Numbered from the whole stretch's first letter, positions 1 through 13,239 are shown. The stretch: 63,824 nt of DNA, filler included, from Octopus bimaculoides (GCF_001194135.2; 5 parts of 5 records of this genome joined end to end with filler, not necessarily neighbours in it), one strand, 5' to 3'. A program made the numbers and translations. Notes: a model not told the origin generated them from the sequence alone.

Positions 1-479
1 AGTCATAAAAGTAACAGAACGCATTCTTCCAGTTTCTGAGTATAATAGACGGTTGGATACGAAATTCGACCAATGATAACCCATAATCTTATGAGGCGTC
101 CTGATACCAAAAGTGTTCAGGCGGTTCCTAAGGAGCAGGATAGGGAGGACCAGAGACCAGAAGAGCTGAATCATTGTCATTCTGCTCGGGTATCGATAGC
201 GCCAGTGCCAACTACCCTTCTCCAGTGAGTGCACAAATACACGTAACCACTTGCCAGTCAGGATGAATTGTCTTTCGTTGTTCATCGTGGTATGACCCAT
301 TATTCTATATTCTACAGTTCAACTAAATGTCAGAAATAGTTAGGAATTCTTGGTATAATAACTAACTTATATTACACCGGAGACGAATTATTGCCCCTTT
401 AGGCATTTATGAATAAATGTGACTAATTGTGTATGTATGTAAGAAGAGAGAGAGGAGAAAAGAAACAGTTCCTCACTAG

Positions 480-790
480 CATTCTCCAAATTTTGCCTCA
501 TAGAGATGATATCTCTTCTGACTGTTCTTTCTACAGCAACTTCAAAGGCTTCTACTCTTCAGAACTGGCTGCACTTGTGCCACCTTTATTCAGGTACACT
601 CTACTAACCCAGCTCTCTTATCCCATCATCCATATTGTGTCTAGCCTGTATCGATAACTACACATTATCCTTACCCTCAAGAACGTGATTCGCCTAGAAT
701 TCCCTCCCTCTTCATGTTTTTATGAAGCTGTCAACTTGCATCTATTTAAGAGGCAAACTGCTCCCATCAATCGCATCGGCATTAACCTTT
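480..790 (+). mobile_element. Decayed 3' end of a Jockey/CR1-group non-LTR retrotransposon
   Basis: Frameshifted translation LPHRDDISSDCSFYSNFKGFYSSELAALVPP...RT..NSLPLHVF..NLHLFKRQ follows the C-terminal pattern L.HRR.VASL..FY.Y..G.CSSELA..VP...RT..LWNSLP..VF...NL..FK of this LINE group. Confidence 0.6.
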
Positions 791-2159
791 TGCCTGTTCT
801 GTGTTTCCCATGTGATTCACAGAACGTCTTTCCCTGCTGTCCATGCATCCCATAGGATTCTCTTCGCAGTTTATTACAATCACAAGCGTAACATGGGATT
901 TATGAAAGAAAACCTTATATCACTCAGAGTGTATGGATTAAGATCTGTTTGAAAACAAACAAGGACAGCTTTATGTAAATGCATTGGACATGCAAAGGGT
1001 TTGAAGGCTTGTAATAACTATGAACGCAATTCTCCGTTCCCTAAACCAAACCAGCTTTTTTGAATAGTAACAAACAAGACAACAGAGAATTACAAAGTGG
1101 AAAGAATTTGAGAATTTGACACTTGGATTTCCAATTTTACACATGCAGCATGTGACACAATTAAACTAGCAATCAAATTGTCATTGATGTGCTTCATTAT
1201 CGGACTAAAAACACATTCTAAATACTTCACAAATTAAACGAATAGAAATATCGTTGTTGGAAATAATTAAACAAAGTTGGATTGAAAATAAAACAAAAAT
1301 AGGGAAAGTTTAATCAAGACAAATTGATTTTAACGATTAATTGTGCAGACGTGATCAAATTAGATTGTCTCCGAGGACAAGACAAATATAGTATTATTGC
1401 TGTTTCGTTTAGTATAGTGTGAAGAAACGAGTAAGTGAATTAATTATAACAAGAACTCGTGATACAGATTCGTGTGTCTAAGTATGTGTGGTTTTGTTTG
1501 CATGTATTTGCCTGTTAGTATATTATTTTGTATATGTGTGTGTCTGTATTTGTGCGACTGCATGATTTTGTGTGTGTGTGTGCATGCGCGTGCGCGTGCG
1601 TTTTTGCGTGTATCGTTTTGACATCGTTTTGAAGAATTTCACTTAAGGCATCAGAATAATTCTGAGAATTCGAACAATAAGGTAAACAGATATGAGTCTT
1701 CAATAAACGAGTATCCAATGCTTGGCAGCCATTATTCCTACCAATCTTCTTTGTAGTGCATTAAGAAACCCTATCATCTTCCTATAATGGATCCGAGATG
1801 TGAATGGAATTATAATAGATCTTGTATCAATGAGGGTTTCTTAAATACATTATACGAGATTTGAGCTTGCCGCAGATAAATTATTATATATCGTTATTGT
1901 ATATCGTTACAAAATGTTAACTTCTGCAGAGTGAAACCATAACTAACTTTATAGTCTGGTCTACTTGCCATCAAGTCGTAGCAAGACACTGCCGGTAAGA
2001 ATTCCATGGATGTCTAAACAAATAAATACATTTTTTTTTTTTACCTCAACCCCGGAATGGAAAAATAAATACTATACACGCTTGATTTATATATGGACGT
2101 ATATTTGTCCCTGTTCGTTCTCTCTGCCACCTCTCATTCCCTGTATCTGTCCATGCATA

Positions 2160-2211
2160 CATATATGTATGTATGTATGTATGTATGTATATATATGTGT
2201 GTGTATGTATG

Positions 2212-2242
<31 letters not shown>
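2160..2242. repeat. (TATG)n/(TA)n microsatellite running into a gap
   Basis: Directly visible. Confidence 0.95.
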
Positions 2243-2409
2243 NNNNNNNNNNNNNNNNNNNNNNNNNNNNNNNNNNNNNNNNNNNNNNNNNNNNNNNNNN
2301 NNNNNNNNTGTACATACATGTTAAGTTCGATGGGGTATTTGAGGACACTTTACAATTAGTATAGTACTCTCTTCGAACCAACTAAAAGGGTTTTTTTCTT
2401 TCACATTCC

Positions 2410-3160
2410 CCACGGCAGATAAAATGCTAATATATAAAATTAAAAGACATACAGCCATTGGTGTCTTATCTTCAAGAACAGCTATTTAGGAATTGCCAGA
2501 TTTTTAAATGCTACAAGATATTTTCTTTACCAAGCTCAGATGGAATTGGAAGTCTCTGGCGGGAATATTTCAACTGTATCAGAGGAAAAAAAAGACATTC
2601 TAAAAATATATTCATTGCAAGGACACCGCCATTCATTCAATTGGCTGATGACGATACTGATGGCGATCCGAGAAACTCAAAGAAGGCCATCGCCAAAGAA
2701 CTTCAGGTGTCGGAGCGGCTTATCAGAACAGTAGTGCACGAAAAAGTTCGACACAAGTCGTATGTTCTGCGCAGAGGATAATTCATACCTACAAAGACAT
2801 AGAGAAACAGTTTGATCCGAGCTAAGCGGTTACTTGCATAGGTTAAAATCTCTCATGGACATAGCAATCTCGAGATATTCTTTGATGAGGAAATCTTCGA
2901 CCGAGGCCAAAAGTCTGAAAGGAGAAATGGCAAGTGGTTATGTGTAAATTCTTCTGAAGTCCTCGAAATGATGCATTCTAAGTCTCCAACAAATGGGTGG
3001 CTTTAGGAGTGGTATGTATCAAAGGATATGTCATGCCACTTCACATCTTTCCACAGAGTCTAAGAATTTATGTCGCTGGAGACAATTGTTTAGCTCTGGA
3101 TGGATTAAATACCCTGTGGAAGGCAGTAGAAATCTCAAAAACTCAGCAACCGCTTGCAAA
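2410..3160 (+). mobile_element. Decayed Tc1/mariner transposase, maT/DD37D-like
   Basis: DPRNSKKAIAKELQVSERLIRTVVHEKVRHKSYVLRRG (HTH), then IFFDEEIFD (first catalytic D region) and LGVVCIKGYVMPLHIFPQSLR; stops and frameshifts. Related to the element at 17463-18522. Confidence 0.8.
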
Positions 3161-3284
3161 TACACGCCCGCGCTCACACAAACTGACAAAATCATACATA
3201 CACATACACGCACACTCGCACGCGCATACACAGCCACATATATATATTCGATCGCACATACATATTATATTTGTTTTCTTTAGT

Positions 3285-3540
3285 CACTGTATTTGCTGCG
3301 CTATGGCGCTTAGGGAAAACTCCCTAATAGCGGTGGGTGTTAAAACCCCTGAAGTTTATAGACCAGGCGAGACAACTCGCCTCGAATAGAACAAAGACTG
3401 ATAGAATGGATACTGATATTTTGCTAGTGTTGTGGCGTATCACGACCTCTTGTCTGGTCTATGACTCTCACGTGTTTTAACACTCAGGGTTATTAAGCAG
3501 TTTTCTCTGAGCGCTAGACCGCAGCAAATACGGGGATTAA
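3285..3540. mobile_element. MITE-like element with long imperfect inverted repeats; partial second copy at about 3640-3715
   Basis: CTGTATTTGCTGCG..GCGCTTAGGGAAAACT..GTGTTAAAAC..TATAGACCAG is mirrored by CTGGTCTATG..GTTTTAACAC..AGTTTTCTCTGAGCGC..CGCAGCAAATACGG. Confidence 0.65.
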
Positions 3541-3794
3541 AAAAAACATATTCGTAGTATATGTGCGATCGATAATATATGTGTGTGTGCGCGCGTATGT
3601 CTGTGTGTGTTATCCATCATTACTGGTTCGATCCAAGGTGACTTGTCTCGTCTGGTGTATGACTTTTGTTCGGGAGTTTTCACTTAGCGCTAAATCGCAG
3701 CGAACACGGCAAATAAACCACACACATATAGTGTGCGTGCAAATGCTAATATTTACATTACTATTACTGCTTTGAATTTAATACACACTCACAT

Positions 3795-4050
3795 ATCACG
3801 GTTCTTCAATATCATTCCAAAATACCTGAGAAACCTGCACGGTGTGGATAAAGTTGTCTTCAAAACAAAACTGAATCTCCACCTGTCAAGGGTTCCAGGT
3901 GAGCCTACCTCATTGCAAGAAACACGGATGAGGGCAACAGGCATCAAACACTCTCATTCACAAACGCCATATATCAGAGGAGGTTTCAAACAATTGTGTA
4001 GCACAACCAAAAGTGTTGCCCCAGCATGACCGCAGCTTTAAAGCTGAAAT
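3795..4050 (+). mobile_element. 3' end of a CR1/L2-like LINE with its 3' UTR
   Basis: RFFNIIPKYLRNLHGVDKVVFKTKLNLHLSRVPGEP resembles the LFN.LP..LRN.....FK..LD.FL..VPDEP C-terminus. The tail GTTGCCCCAGCATGACCGCAG..GCTGAAAT resembles SINE tails in this window. Confidence 0.7.
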
Positions 4051-4298
4051 AATTTAAAGAATTTATATACACACATATGTATTTATATGTGTTCGTATAT
4101 ATAAGTATATATATAACTAATTATCTATATGTATACAGTACATATATATGCGTGTGTATGTATATATACGCATATTGTATACATGTATACATTCTGGCAC
4201 ATTAATAGCGTTTTGTTTGAATGCGAAGACAATTATTTTACTTAGAAAATTACTATTTTTAAATCTCACAACGTGAGATATTCAGCAACAGTACTTTG

Positions 4299-4426
4299 TA
4301 GTAAAGATTGTTTGCCAGCATAACATGGCAGTCCTGGTTTAGGAATAATGTCTCCTGGGGCTAAATTACAGCAACATTAGTCCTAAACCAGGACTGCCAT
4401 GTTATTTTGGCAAACAATCTTTACTA
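4299..4426. mobile_element. Short MITE with ~45-bp near-perfect terminal inverted repeats
   Basis: TAGTAAAGATTGTTTGCCAGCATAACATGGCAGTCCTGGTTTAGGA versus TCCTAAACCAGGACTGCCATGTTATTTTGGCAAACAATCTTTACTA. Confidence 0.8.
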
Positions 4427-4524
4427 GAATTATTTCACTGTTCGCGAACATATTATGTATAAGGATAAGATATGTATATCGGTCTCTTAGAATAGTGCCG
4501 CCTATAATATATATAGATATGCAC

Positions 4525-4575
4525 TACAGTTCTATATTTAAGAGATGAGGAATTATGTACGTTATTTACATTAGT
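4525..4575 (-). mobile_element. 3'-terminal fragment of the hammerhead-SINE family
   Basis: CAGTTCTATATTTAAGAGATGAGGAATTATGTAC is identical to 25977-26010. Confidence 0.75.
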
Positions 4576-4808
4576 TACATATCTATCAAATAGGATGCAT
4601 ATACTGTACAGATCAGAACAGCAGTGAAACACAATACCACGCTTCTATAATTTATGTACAAATCAAAATAGTGACGGCTAAAATCTACAGATATATTCTA
4701 CAGTAAGTAATTGCATACATGCTCGCTTGTATAGTCTATTATTTATTACCTTAAAAGATATAATTACCAGGTGTTAGGAATTGTGCAGTGCATAGATATA
4801 TGCGTGAA

Positions 4809-4810
<2 letters not shown>

Positions 4811-4896
<86 letters not shown>

Positions 4897-5399
4897 NNNN
4901 NNNNNNNNNNNNNNNNNNNNNNNNNNNNNNNNNNNNNNNNNNNNNNNNNNNNNNNNNNNNNNNNNNNNNNNNNNNNNNNNNNNNNNNNNNNNNNNNNNNN
5001 NNNNNNNNNNNNNNNNNNNNNNNNNNNNNNNNNNNNNNNNNNNNNNNNNNNNNNNNNNNNNNNNNNNNNNNNNNNNNNNNNNNNNNNNNNNNNNNNNNNN
5101 NNNNNNNNNNNNNNNNNNNNNNNNNNNNNNNNNNNNNNNNNNNNNNNNNNNNNNNNNNNNNNNNNNNNNNNNNNNNNNNNNNNNNNNNNNNNNNNNNNNN
5201 NNNNNNNNNNNNNNNNNNNNNNNNNNNNNNNNNNNNNNNNNNNNNNNNNNNNNNNNNNNNNNNNNNNNNNNNNNNNNNNNNNNNNNNNNNNNNNNNNNNN
5301 NNNNNNNNNNNNNNNNNNNNNNNNNNNNNNNNNNNNNNNNNNNNNNNNNNNNNNNNNNNNNNNNNNNNNNNNNNNNNNNNNNNNNNNNNNNNNNNNNNN

Positions 5400-5449
<50 letters not shown>
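4811..5449. repeat. (CA)n/(TA)n microsatellites flanking an assembly gap
   Basis: Directly visible. Confidence 0.95.
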
Positions 5450-5452
<3 letters not shown>

Positions 5453-5886
5453 TATATATTCATACACATGTACGCACACATCTATTCATTCACAGTTCTA
5501 GCTCATCCAGTTTAGTCTACTGAAATTCCATCTATTTTAACGACCAGTTTCATCGGTGCCAGAGATTTGTTGCAATTATTTTCTCATCATTTTACGCAGG
5601 CGTTAGGTTTGTTGAAGATAATAGATAATTTGGGACCTAGTGATCCACCACTCCATCCTACTCCCTACCCGCACCCTTTGCTAAACTCTGCTAACTCCCG
5701 CCCCTACTAACACCCACACCTCTGCTAGCCCATCAACCCCTCCATGTTTGTTTAGAGAAGTGGAGATTGCATGTTTCTCAGCTTATTTTACTTTCAAATG
5801 TTTTCCGTTTCTGTCTGTGTGTTTCTCTCTCTTCACACCATATATGAGTGTGCATGTACGCATATGTATAATATATATATATATAC

Positions 5887-6043
5887 AGGTATAGCTGTAT
5901 GGTAAGAAGCTTGCTTCACAACCGCATGGTTCCGAGTTCAGTCCCACTGCATGGCATCTTGGGCAAGTGTCTTCTAGTATAGCCTCGGTCCAACCAAAGC
6001 CTTATGAATGGATTCGGTAGATGGAAAGTAAAAGAAATCCGTC

Positions 6044-6089
<46 letters not shown>

Positions 6090-6142
6090 ATTTGGGTGTC
6101 TGCGCTTGTCCCACCACCATCGCTTGACAATCNNNNNNNNNN

Positions 6143-6184
<42 letters not shown>

Positions 6185-6385
6185 ATTTGGGTGTCTGCGC
6201 TTGTCCCACCACCATCGCTTGACAATCGATGTTGGCGTGTTTACGTCCCCGTAACTTAGCGGTTCGTCAATAGAGACAGATAGGATACATACTAGGTTTA
6301 CAAAGAATAAGTCCTCGGGTCGATTTGTTCGACTAAAGGCAGTACTCCAGCATGGCCGCAGTCAAATGACTGAAGCAAGAAAACG
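5887..6385 (+). mobile_element. tRNA-derived CORE-like SINE with internal (TG)n (octopus OR-like family)
   Basis: tRNA-like head with B box GGTTCCGAGTTCAGTCCC, CORE-like GGCATCTTGGGCAAGTGTCTT, internal (TG)n, and tail CCAGCATGGCCGCAGTCAAATGACTGAA. The internal duplication spans a 10-N gap. Confidence 0.8.
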
Positions 6386-6429
6386 AATCGAAAAAGAAGC
6401 GATACATGTGTAGATGCAATACAGTTCGC

Positions 6430-9270
6430 AAAATATTTTGCTATTTTCTCGAAGCTTTCATTGAGCAACAGACGATTCCCAACAACAGTGAGAAAAATCA
6501 GTCCGATCTAATGTTAAAAGTTATCAACGATGTCGCTGGAGAGCACATGGAACCATGTGAACTTAATTACTGGAATATAAATACACTTATATACACAGCC
6601 GCTGGTACTCTTAAAGAACACCTAGGAGAAATCTACAGTGGACAAACAAACGAAATTACTAAACGTAAACAGCCTAGATGGAAAACAAAACTTGAAGAAA
6701 ACATCAACAACGTGTGCCGCCATATCGGATGGTTAACTACAACAATAAAATGTAAGGAGGAAAATGAGTTTACACCAACTCTACCTTAGAAAAAAATTAG
6801 CGAAACTTTATGGCAACTCTTCACACCGAGCTCTTGAGGGAATGCTCATCACTTTAAGACATGAACTCAGGATGACGAGCGAGAAAATTCGCTATTGCAT
6901 GAGAGCTTTTGAACGAGCCAGTATCAATCGCAACTTTGCTTCCAACCCTCAAGCATTATACAGAGAGATGAGGAAGGAAAACATTATCGTTAAGAAAGCT
7001 TTCTACCCAGAAGAACTACAATCATTCCAGTCAAAAATTTAGAACGAAAAGCAGGATTTCGACTTGAATGCATCAGGGTTAAATGCAATTCAAAGAGAAT
7101 ACTGTAACAATAATAGCAGTAAAACATACAAAACTGATGCAGAAACCTTCGCTATAGCAGTAGGCAAACTGCAGAATAGGAAGGGAACTGGAAGGGACCT
7201 AATAGTTGGATATTGGTACAAGAAGATAACATTTTATAGAAACCAATTGATATGTATGTTCAAAAGGACTATGGAAGGACAGAGTGATATACCAAATTGG
7301 CTTCCTACAACAAGGACAAATCTTGTTGACAAAAATGAAATCACTGAGATGGCAGGAAACTACAGGCCCATTGCTTGCCTAAACATTATGTACAAACTGT
7401 ACACAAGTTGCCTGAACCACTTTCTCCATGAACATTGTGAGTCGAACAACATTGTGACTGATGAACCGGCTGGTGGAAAGAAGGGAATGTAGGGATGTGC
7501 CGAACAACTGTCTGAAGTAAGAAAACAGCGTAGAAACCTTGTGACAGTATGGCTTAACTATAAGAAGGCATTGGACTCTATCCCTTATCCATGAATGTTG
7601 AAGTGCCTACATCTGTCAAATGTATCTACCACCCTAATTGTTTCTATAGAGAGACTCACAAAGACATGGACAATAATTGTCACCCATCCAAATGGGAACA
7701 GAATAATTATTTCAGATACTATAGGCATTTCAAAGGGATTATTCCTGGGAGATAGTCTTTCTGTACTTCTTTTCCTTTTGGAACAGAATCCATTATCATT
7801 CCTACTGCAGATAACAAATGGTCACATGCTAGGCTCTTCAACTGCTTAAAATACCAGTGTAACTCATAACTTCTTTGTAGACGACCTCAAGATTTAGGCT
7901 AAAAGTGTTAACAATGCCAAAAAAAAAAAAAGAAAAACAACTGGAATTAATAACATTTTCAACTGATATGGGCATGGAATTTGGCCAAAATAAATGTTCA
8001 TATTTGGTTATAGAACGTGGAAAGTCAGTCCTCCAAACCCAAAACCTGTGCATCAACGGTCCTCTATTTCCCCCATTCCACACGAATGTTACAAGTACCT
8101 AGGCATAGACGAAACTATATCATATGAAGGTACTGTGAATAAAGATTTAGTCACCCAAGAATATTACACCAAACTTAGGAAAATATGGCAATCGGATGTC
8201 TCCTCTTACAACAAAACAATATCCCACAATGCATCTGTAGTACTAGTACTGATCCCAACATTTGGGATACTTGATTGGTCTGTAGAGGAAATCCACTCCA
8301 TAGAGTTGGCAGTGCGTTCCTCAAGAAACACTCTTTTCCTGATGATCTCCTATGCAGTCCCAAAACAGCTGGGCTCTCTTAGGAAATCTACTCCATAGAT
8401 ATCACAACGCGAAAAATCTTGACAACAACTGAGAACTTCTACAGAAACAGTGATGTTGACAGAGTCTGCTTTAGACGAAATGAAGATGGTAGAGGACTGA
8501 GATCAGTGCGACGGCCTTCGGATGCCGTATGGTATCACTCAGGCAGCACCTGGTAAACAACAGCAGCAAAAATGAATATATTAATGCAGTGCTGAAAAGG
8601 GAAGTGAGCAACACTGTACGAGTTGGCAGTGAACTCCTTAAGAAACACTCTCTTCCAGATGAGCCCCTATGCTGTCTCAAAACAGCTGGGTTCTCTTACC
8701 TCAGAGAAGACCTGGATGGAAAGCACTCAACACACAAAAAAAAGGCCACGTTGCCCGCAAGCTTGGAGAAGACAGTAGAATTGACATGAAGCGCAGCCTC
8801 TCTTCGACACAAGACCACTACATCACATCAAACTTTGAAGGCTATGCGATTACAATCTACGAAGAGGACAAATCCCAAAGTGCAACTGCATGTGTAGGCT
8901 ATGCCATGTTTCTGTTAAAGATATCATGCATGCGTTTAGCAGCTGTCCTAAAACATTGTCATGGTACTACCTCCCTATGCGGCACGACGATGGTGTTGCT
9001 AAAACTATTTACAATGCTAACCGCAAAAAAGACTGTCCTGAAATAAACTTAGAAAAGCCCTCTGTTATGGAATACATTCATAAACACAAGCTCAAGGAAT
9101 GCTGGTGGAATATTCCCATCAAAACTTCTGTCAAATGTAAACATTAGAGGGCGGATATTGTTGTTTGGGACAGAGGGGCAAAGATATGTACCGTCATAGA
9201 GGTCATCTGTCCTGCAGATATAAATATCTTTTTGAAAATCAAAGAAAAGGTGGATATCTATGGACAATAG
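6430..9270 (+). mobile_element. R4/Dong-clade non-LTR retrotransposon (RT plus restriction-like endonuclease), decayed and lacking both ends
   Basis: GRDLIVGYWYKK, NYRPIACLNIMYKLYTS, WLNYKKALDSIP, GLFLGDSLS, HNFFVDDLK (~7865-7891), CRLCHVSVKDIMHAFSSC..RHD zinc knuckle, RADIVVWD..IEVICPAD..KEK endonuclease; many stops and frameshifts. Confidence 0.92.
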
Positions 9271-10409
9271 TTGTGCTCCTTCTTAATTTTCTCTTAATTA
9301 AGGAAATTGCGCAGAGTAAATTAGCCGGAGCAAGTTGTCCTAGAACCGTTTTAATTCGTAAGTCTTGTGATCATGGTATCAAAATAACATTGCCAGTGAT
9401 TTCTTTTAAGAAGAATTTTAGTCTTGAATTCACATAATCTCTGAAAATGCCTTGGATTTTCATTCTCATGAATCATTGTTGAACTATTAACATTAATCAT
9501 ATCTGCAAGATAATCATTAATCATTAATCAAGTTCAGTAAGACAGGATTGTGTTTTCCCACACATCAACAATAGAACACACTATTTCTAGGCTCTTATCA
9601 ATTTTCGCTTATGTGCCAAAATTTCACAAATTTCCAATGAGTGATCAATCAAGTTGTATTAAAGATTACAAGTTCTAAATTTTGATTTATTCAAATCAAT
9701 TCAGAAGTTCTGCAATATCACAGTTACCTGGCTATTAACGTCAAGTTGCCTCTTAACTTTCAAATTGTTGACTTTTTCATTGATTATTATAATATGTCTA
9801 AGACCAATTTCTTAGATATTTTCATAACCTTCATTTGCAATTCAGTTTCTTTTTCCCTTTCTTTAAAAAAACTTTTTTTAACATTTAAAACACGTTTTGC
9901 CAAATGCACATTGTGGTGTTGCATGCATATATCTTTAAAAGTGACATTACAACCAGATTCACACTTGTTTCTGTTAACACAGGATACATTGATATCATCA
10001 TGATACCGTTTTTACCTTTTGTTTTTCGGTCATTGGATATGCAGAGAGCATCTGAAGCGCTTAAATGGATGCATTAAACTTCGGATATTCTAATGACTTT
10101 ATACAGGGCTCATATGAGTGCATCCTTTTAATGTGTTCTGAATCATAGCATCTTTGGAATTATGTTCTTTTGTTAAATTCTATTTCATTTTTTTTTTCTT
10201 TTCAGATTCACAAGCGCAATCTATCTCACTATCATGAGAATAACTTTGATTTGATTCAGTGAGATTTCGATGTTATGATAAGAGCCTGGCTCTTTCAGCC
10301 ATGTCGATAAGGCTGCTGACGAACAGTGGATATTGTTGTAGATCTTATATTGATAAAGTTCATTATCTCAAGTTCCGGATTTTCTCCTATTACGAAAACT
10401 TTTCGTTTG

Positions 10410-10665
10410 ACCATCACATCTACCATCAACCCACGAATCCATTTTCGCCGCCCAATATTCCTGGAAGGATCATGGGGCCAGAGTCCTCCGACACCACTTT
10501 CATAGAGCCTATCAAAAGCAATCGGTATTATGATTTCATGCTAACTCCCTAGTGTAAGCAATTGAGACTGGATATTCACCAACCATCTAATTCTTGGTCT
10601 ACCCTGAGGTCTCCTATTCGTTAGCTCGGCTTCAAGAAAGAATCTCTCATGCATTTGAAAAACTT
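10410..10665 (-). mobile_element. RTE-clade LINE 3' fragment
   Basis: The minus strand reads RRPQGRPRIRWLVNIQSQL...IAFDRL, matching the RTE C-terminal GRP..RW.D.I and A.DR..W motifs. Confidence 0.65.
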
Positions 10666-11639
10666 AACAAGCATACTTACTTTTGATAAAACAAATCTGT
10701 TATTTCCTTTACTAATTTGTGGTTAGAATTTCCTTTTTCTTTTGTTGTAACAGAAAACTATCACAGTTATGCATTTCTCGTATCTGAATCTTTCAATGGA
10801 AGTTTTGTTTTCTAAATCATCACGCTATCATCGACTTCATTCGAAAACGACATAATAGCGTATATTGTGCTGCCTTTATCCAAGTAAAACCGTAACGGCA
10901 AGATCTATCTATTGTTCGGACACTTTATTCAACTGAATTGTTAAAACACTGATATTGGGTTAGTTGCCATATTAAATAGTTGTAATCACATGCAAAATAC
11001 ATGCAACTCTGTTAATCTAGAAAGCAGACAGAAATAAACAATTTTAAAACCTAATAAAACCGAACCCGAGGCAGCAACAAATCCATAATTTTCTTCACGC
11101 GCTTAAACACTGGAATCTAGTTCAACGAGGCACAAACACTATATTAAATACTTTGCGTGGATCATACCAGCCCTTTGTGAATCCCCAATCATTTTACAGC
11201 AAACCACAAGAAAATACGAACAACACCAATCAGAGTGCTTTGCATCATAACACGTTTCACACAAACCCCAACAACATATCTTAATGAAACCTAGTACTAG
11301 AAATGTAAGCCACTGTGCACAGAGTATACTTTGTTTTTGAAGTAAATTTTAACCCCGCAGTTTGCTATTTGAAAGATATAGGTCACTGATGACGAACCAA
11401 CTTTAAATACTTAGCACGCCAAGACATTATTCTGCTATCCTAATATACAAGGTTTTCCACTCAGACCTGACAAACATGAATCATAAACACATACTCACAA
11501 GAAAAAGATACCAAATCAATGGCTCCACAGCTTCCGAATGCTCTGCTGCGATGCACATCACTAAAGACAACAGCAGAAAAAAGGCAGGCATCACCCGTCA
11601 AGCTCTAGTTAAGTCCACCTCTAGAATTATAATTGATTA

Positions 11640-11840
11640 TAAGCACTGAAGTGTGGTTAAGAAGATCTCTCTGCGACTACGTGGCTCCATATTCTGTCCT
11701 ACTGCGTGACACGTTAGGCAAATGTCTTCAGCTATATTTCTTTACAGACCAATGCTCTCTGAGTAAATTTGGTAAAAAGAAACTATAGGGTAACCCATTA
11801 CATTATTTATATATATATATGTGTGTGTGTGTGTGTGCGT
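11640..11840 (+). mobile_element. Degenerate CORE-like SINE 5' half
   Basis: GTGTGGTTAAGAAG..CTGCGTGACACGTTAGGCAAATGTCTTC..GACCAATGC followed by (TA)(TG); colinear with 5887-6060. Confidence 0.65.
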
Positions 11841-12519
11841 GTAAGAAACAATTTTAGAATAATAGTCATTACATATAATTCCTTTATTGGAACAAATATG
11901 GCTTACAGCTGTTTCTAGTAGTCATTATAGGTACATTACTGATAGGTTTACTCAACTGGTATATTGATCAATTGAAGTAAATTGAACGATCTAAGAAAAT
12001 TAATACTATTTTCGTCAGACATTTCTGGGAATAACAAGCAGAGCACTTGAGGAATGGCTATTGTGTGAGGAAGATAGGGGAAGAGTAACTAGTTGGAAAC
12101 TTGATTCCAAACAAAATGATTTTTATTTTTAATATTCGAAAGAATTTCGAACCGTTTTCCATCAAATTCATAACGATGTATATTGTGCTGCTCTTATTCA
12201 AGTAAAACGTTAACGGCACGTCGTTCTATCTTATGCTCAGACATTTTATTCTACTGCATTCCTAAACACAGACATTGAACTGGTAGCCATTTTCATTCAA
12301 GTGAAGCTGACCTGGTGATACAAAAAACAAAATCAGATTCGTCAGCGATTCTGAAGATTTGAACCTATAACCATCTCTTTTCTAGAGTTTCAGCTATGAC
12401 TTATATCGTTCTGAATTTATTATCAATTCTGGAAAAAGTTGTTTTAAAATATTGTTTTTCAAGAGGGTTGTGAAGAAACAAAGTTCGGTTTGGAGGGTAA
12501 GAATGATACGAAATGCTTC

Positions 12520-12578
12520 AAGGCGGTGCCCCAACATGGTTGCAGTCTAATAACTAAAACAAGTAAAACGTAAAAGAA
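12520..12578 (+). mobile_element. Isolated SINE 3' tail
   Basis: AAGGCGGTGCCCCAACATGGTTGCAGTCTAATAACTAAAACAAGTAAAA is similar to 6337-6385. Confidence 0.6.
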
Positions 12579-13239
12579 TTACAAAATGTAGCAATATTAT
12601 ACGCATTAAACTAGATTAAATAAAATTAAGTCCATTAAAATACACCCATTAAATTAAATCCGTTAAATTAGGTTCATTGAAACAGATCCATTAAATTAGA
12701 TTCATTAAACTAGATCCACAGTGAATTAGCCCTGATCTGTTCAGACTTGTATGCTGTCTCAACAATGAAACTCAAATAAGGCGCATTGTTTCATAGACCT
12801 CACCTTCAGACGACCTAACCAATTAACAACTATACTCATCTTTTAAGACCACGTGGACATGCAAGGGACAATTTACCGCTGCAACAATTTCAAAACCATA
12901 AACTTACCCATACGATAACACGCGTATCTAATATATCAACAAAATATCCAAAACGTAACTCTACAACACATCTAAAACATAAGAAAAATTACTTCAGATA
13001 TAACATTCGGATGTCAACATCGATAAATAATACTGATTGCCGGCATAGAAGCTAAGTTTCAAATTTGTGCTTACGAAGACGTGGTTGAATAAGTGGAAAT
13101 AAAAAAAAAATTATGCTTGTATACATTTATACAAGCCTTCCATTACATCAATAAACCTCGTTAGTGTGTAGCAATGAGGAGGACTCTATCTTGTTTTATC
13201 TGCTAGAGGAAATTGTCTAAAATTACAGACTGCTGAGTA

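Noticed and set aside
6055-6230. Tandem duplication inside the CORE-like SINE
   Set aside because: Identical sequence on both sides of a 10-N gap indicates unmerged contig overlap.
9275-10010. Coding-like minus-strand stretch with a Cys/His cluster and a coiled-coil-like segment
   Set aside because: Many stops and no family motif I can support; needs a profile search.
11898-11932. GAAACAGCTGTAAG on the minus strand (hammerhead 3' half)
   Set aside because: No intact CTGANGA or stem II; too degenerate to call.
12600-12720. Short repeated CCATTAAATTAGAT-like units; considered as a CRISPR-like array along with 37423, 42531 and 49380
   Set aside because: No unique spacers and a eukaryotic context; these are ordinary minisatellites.
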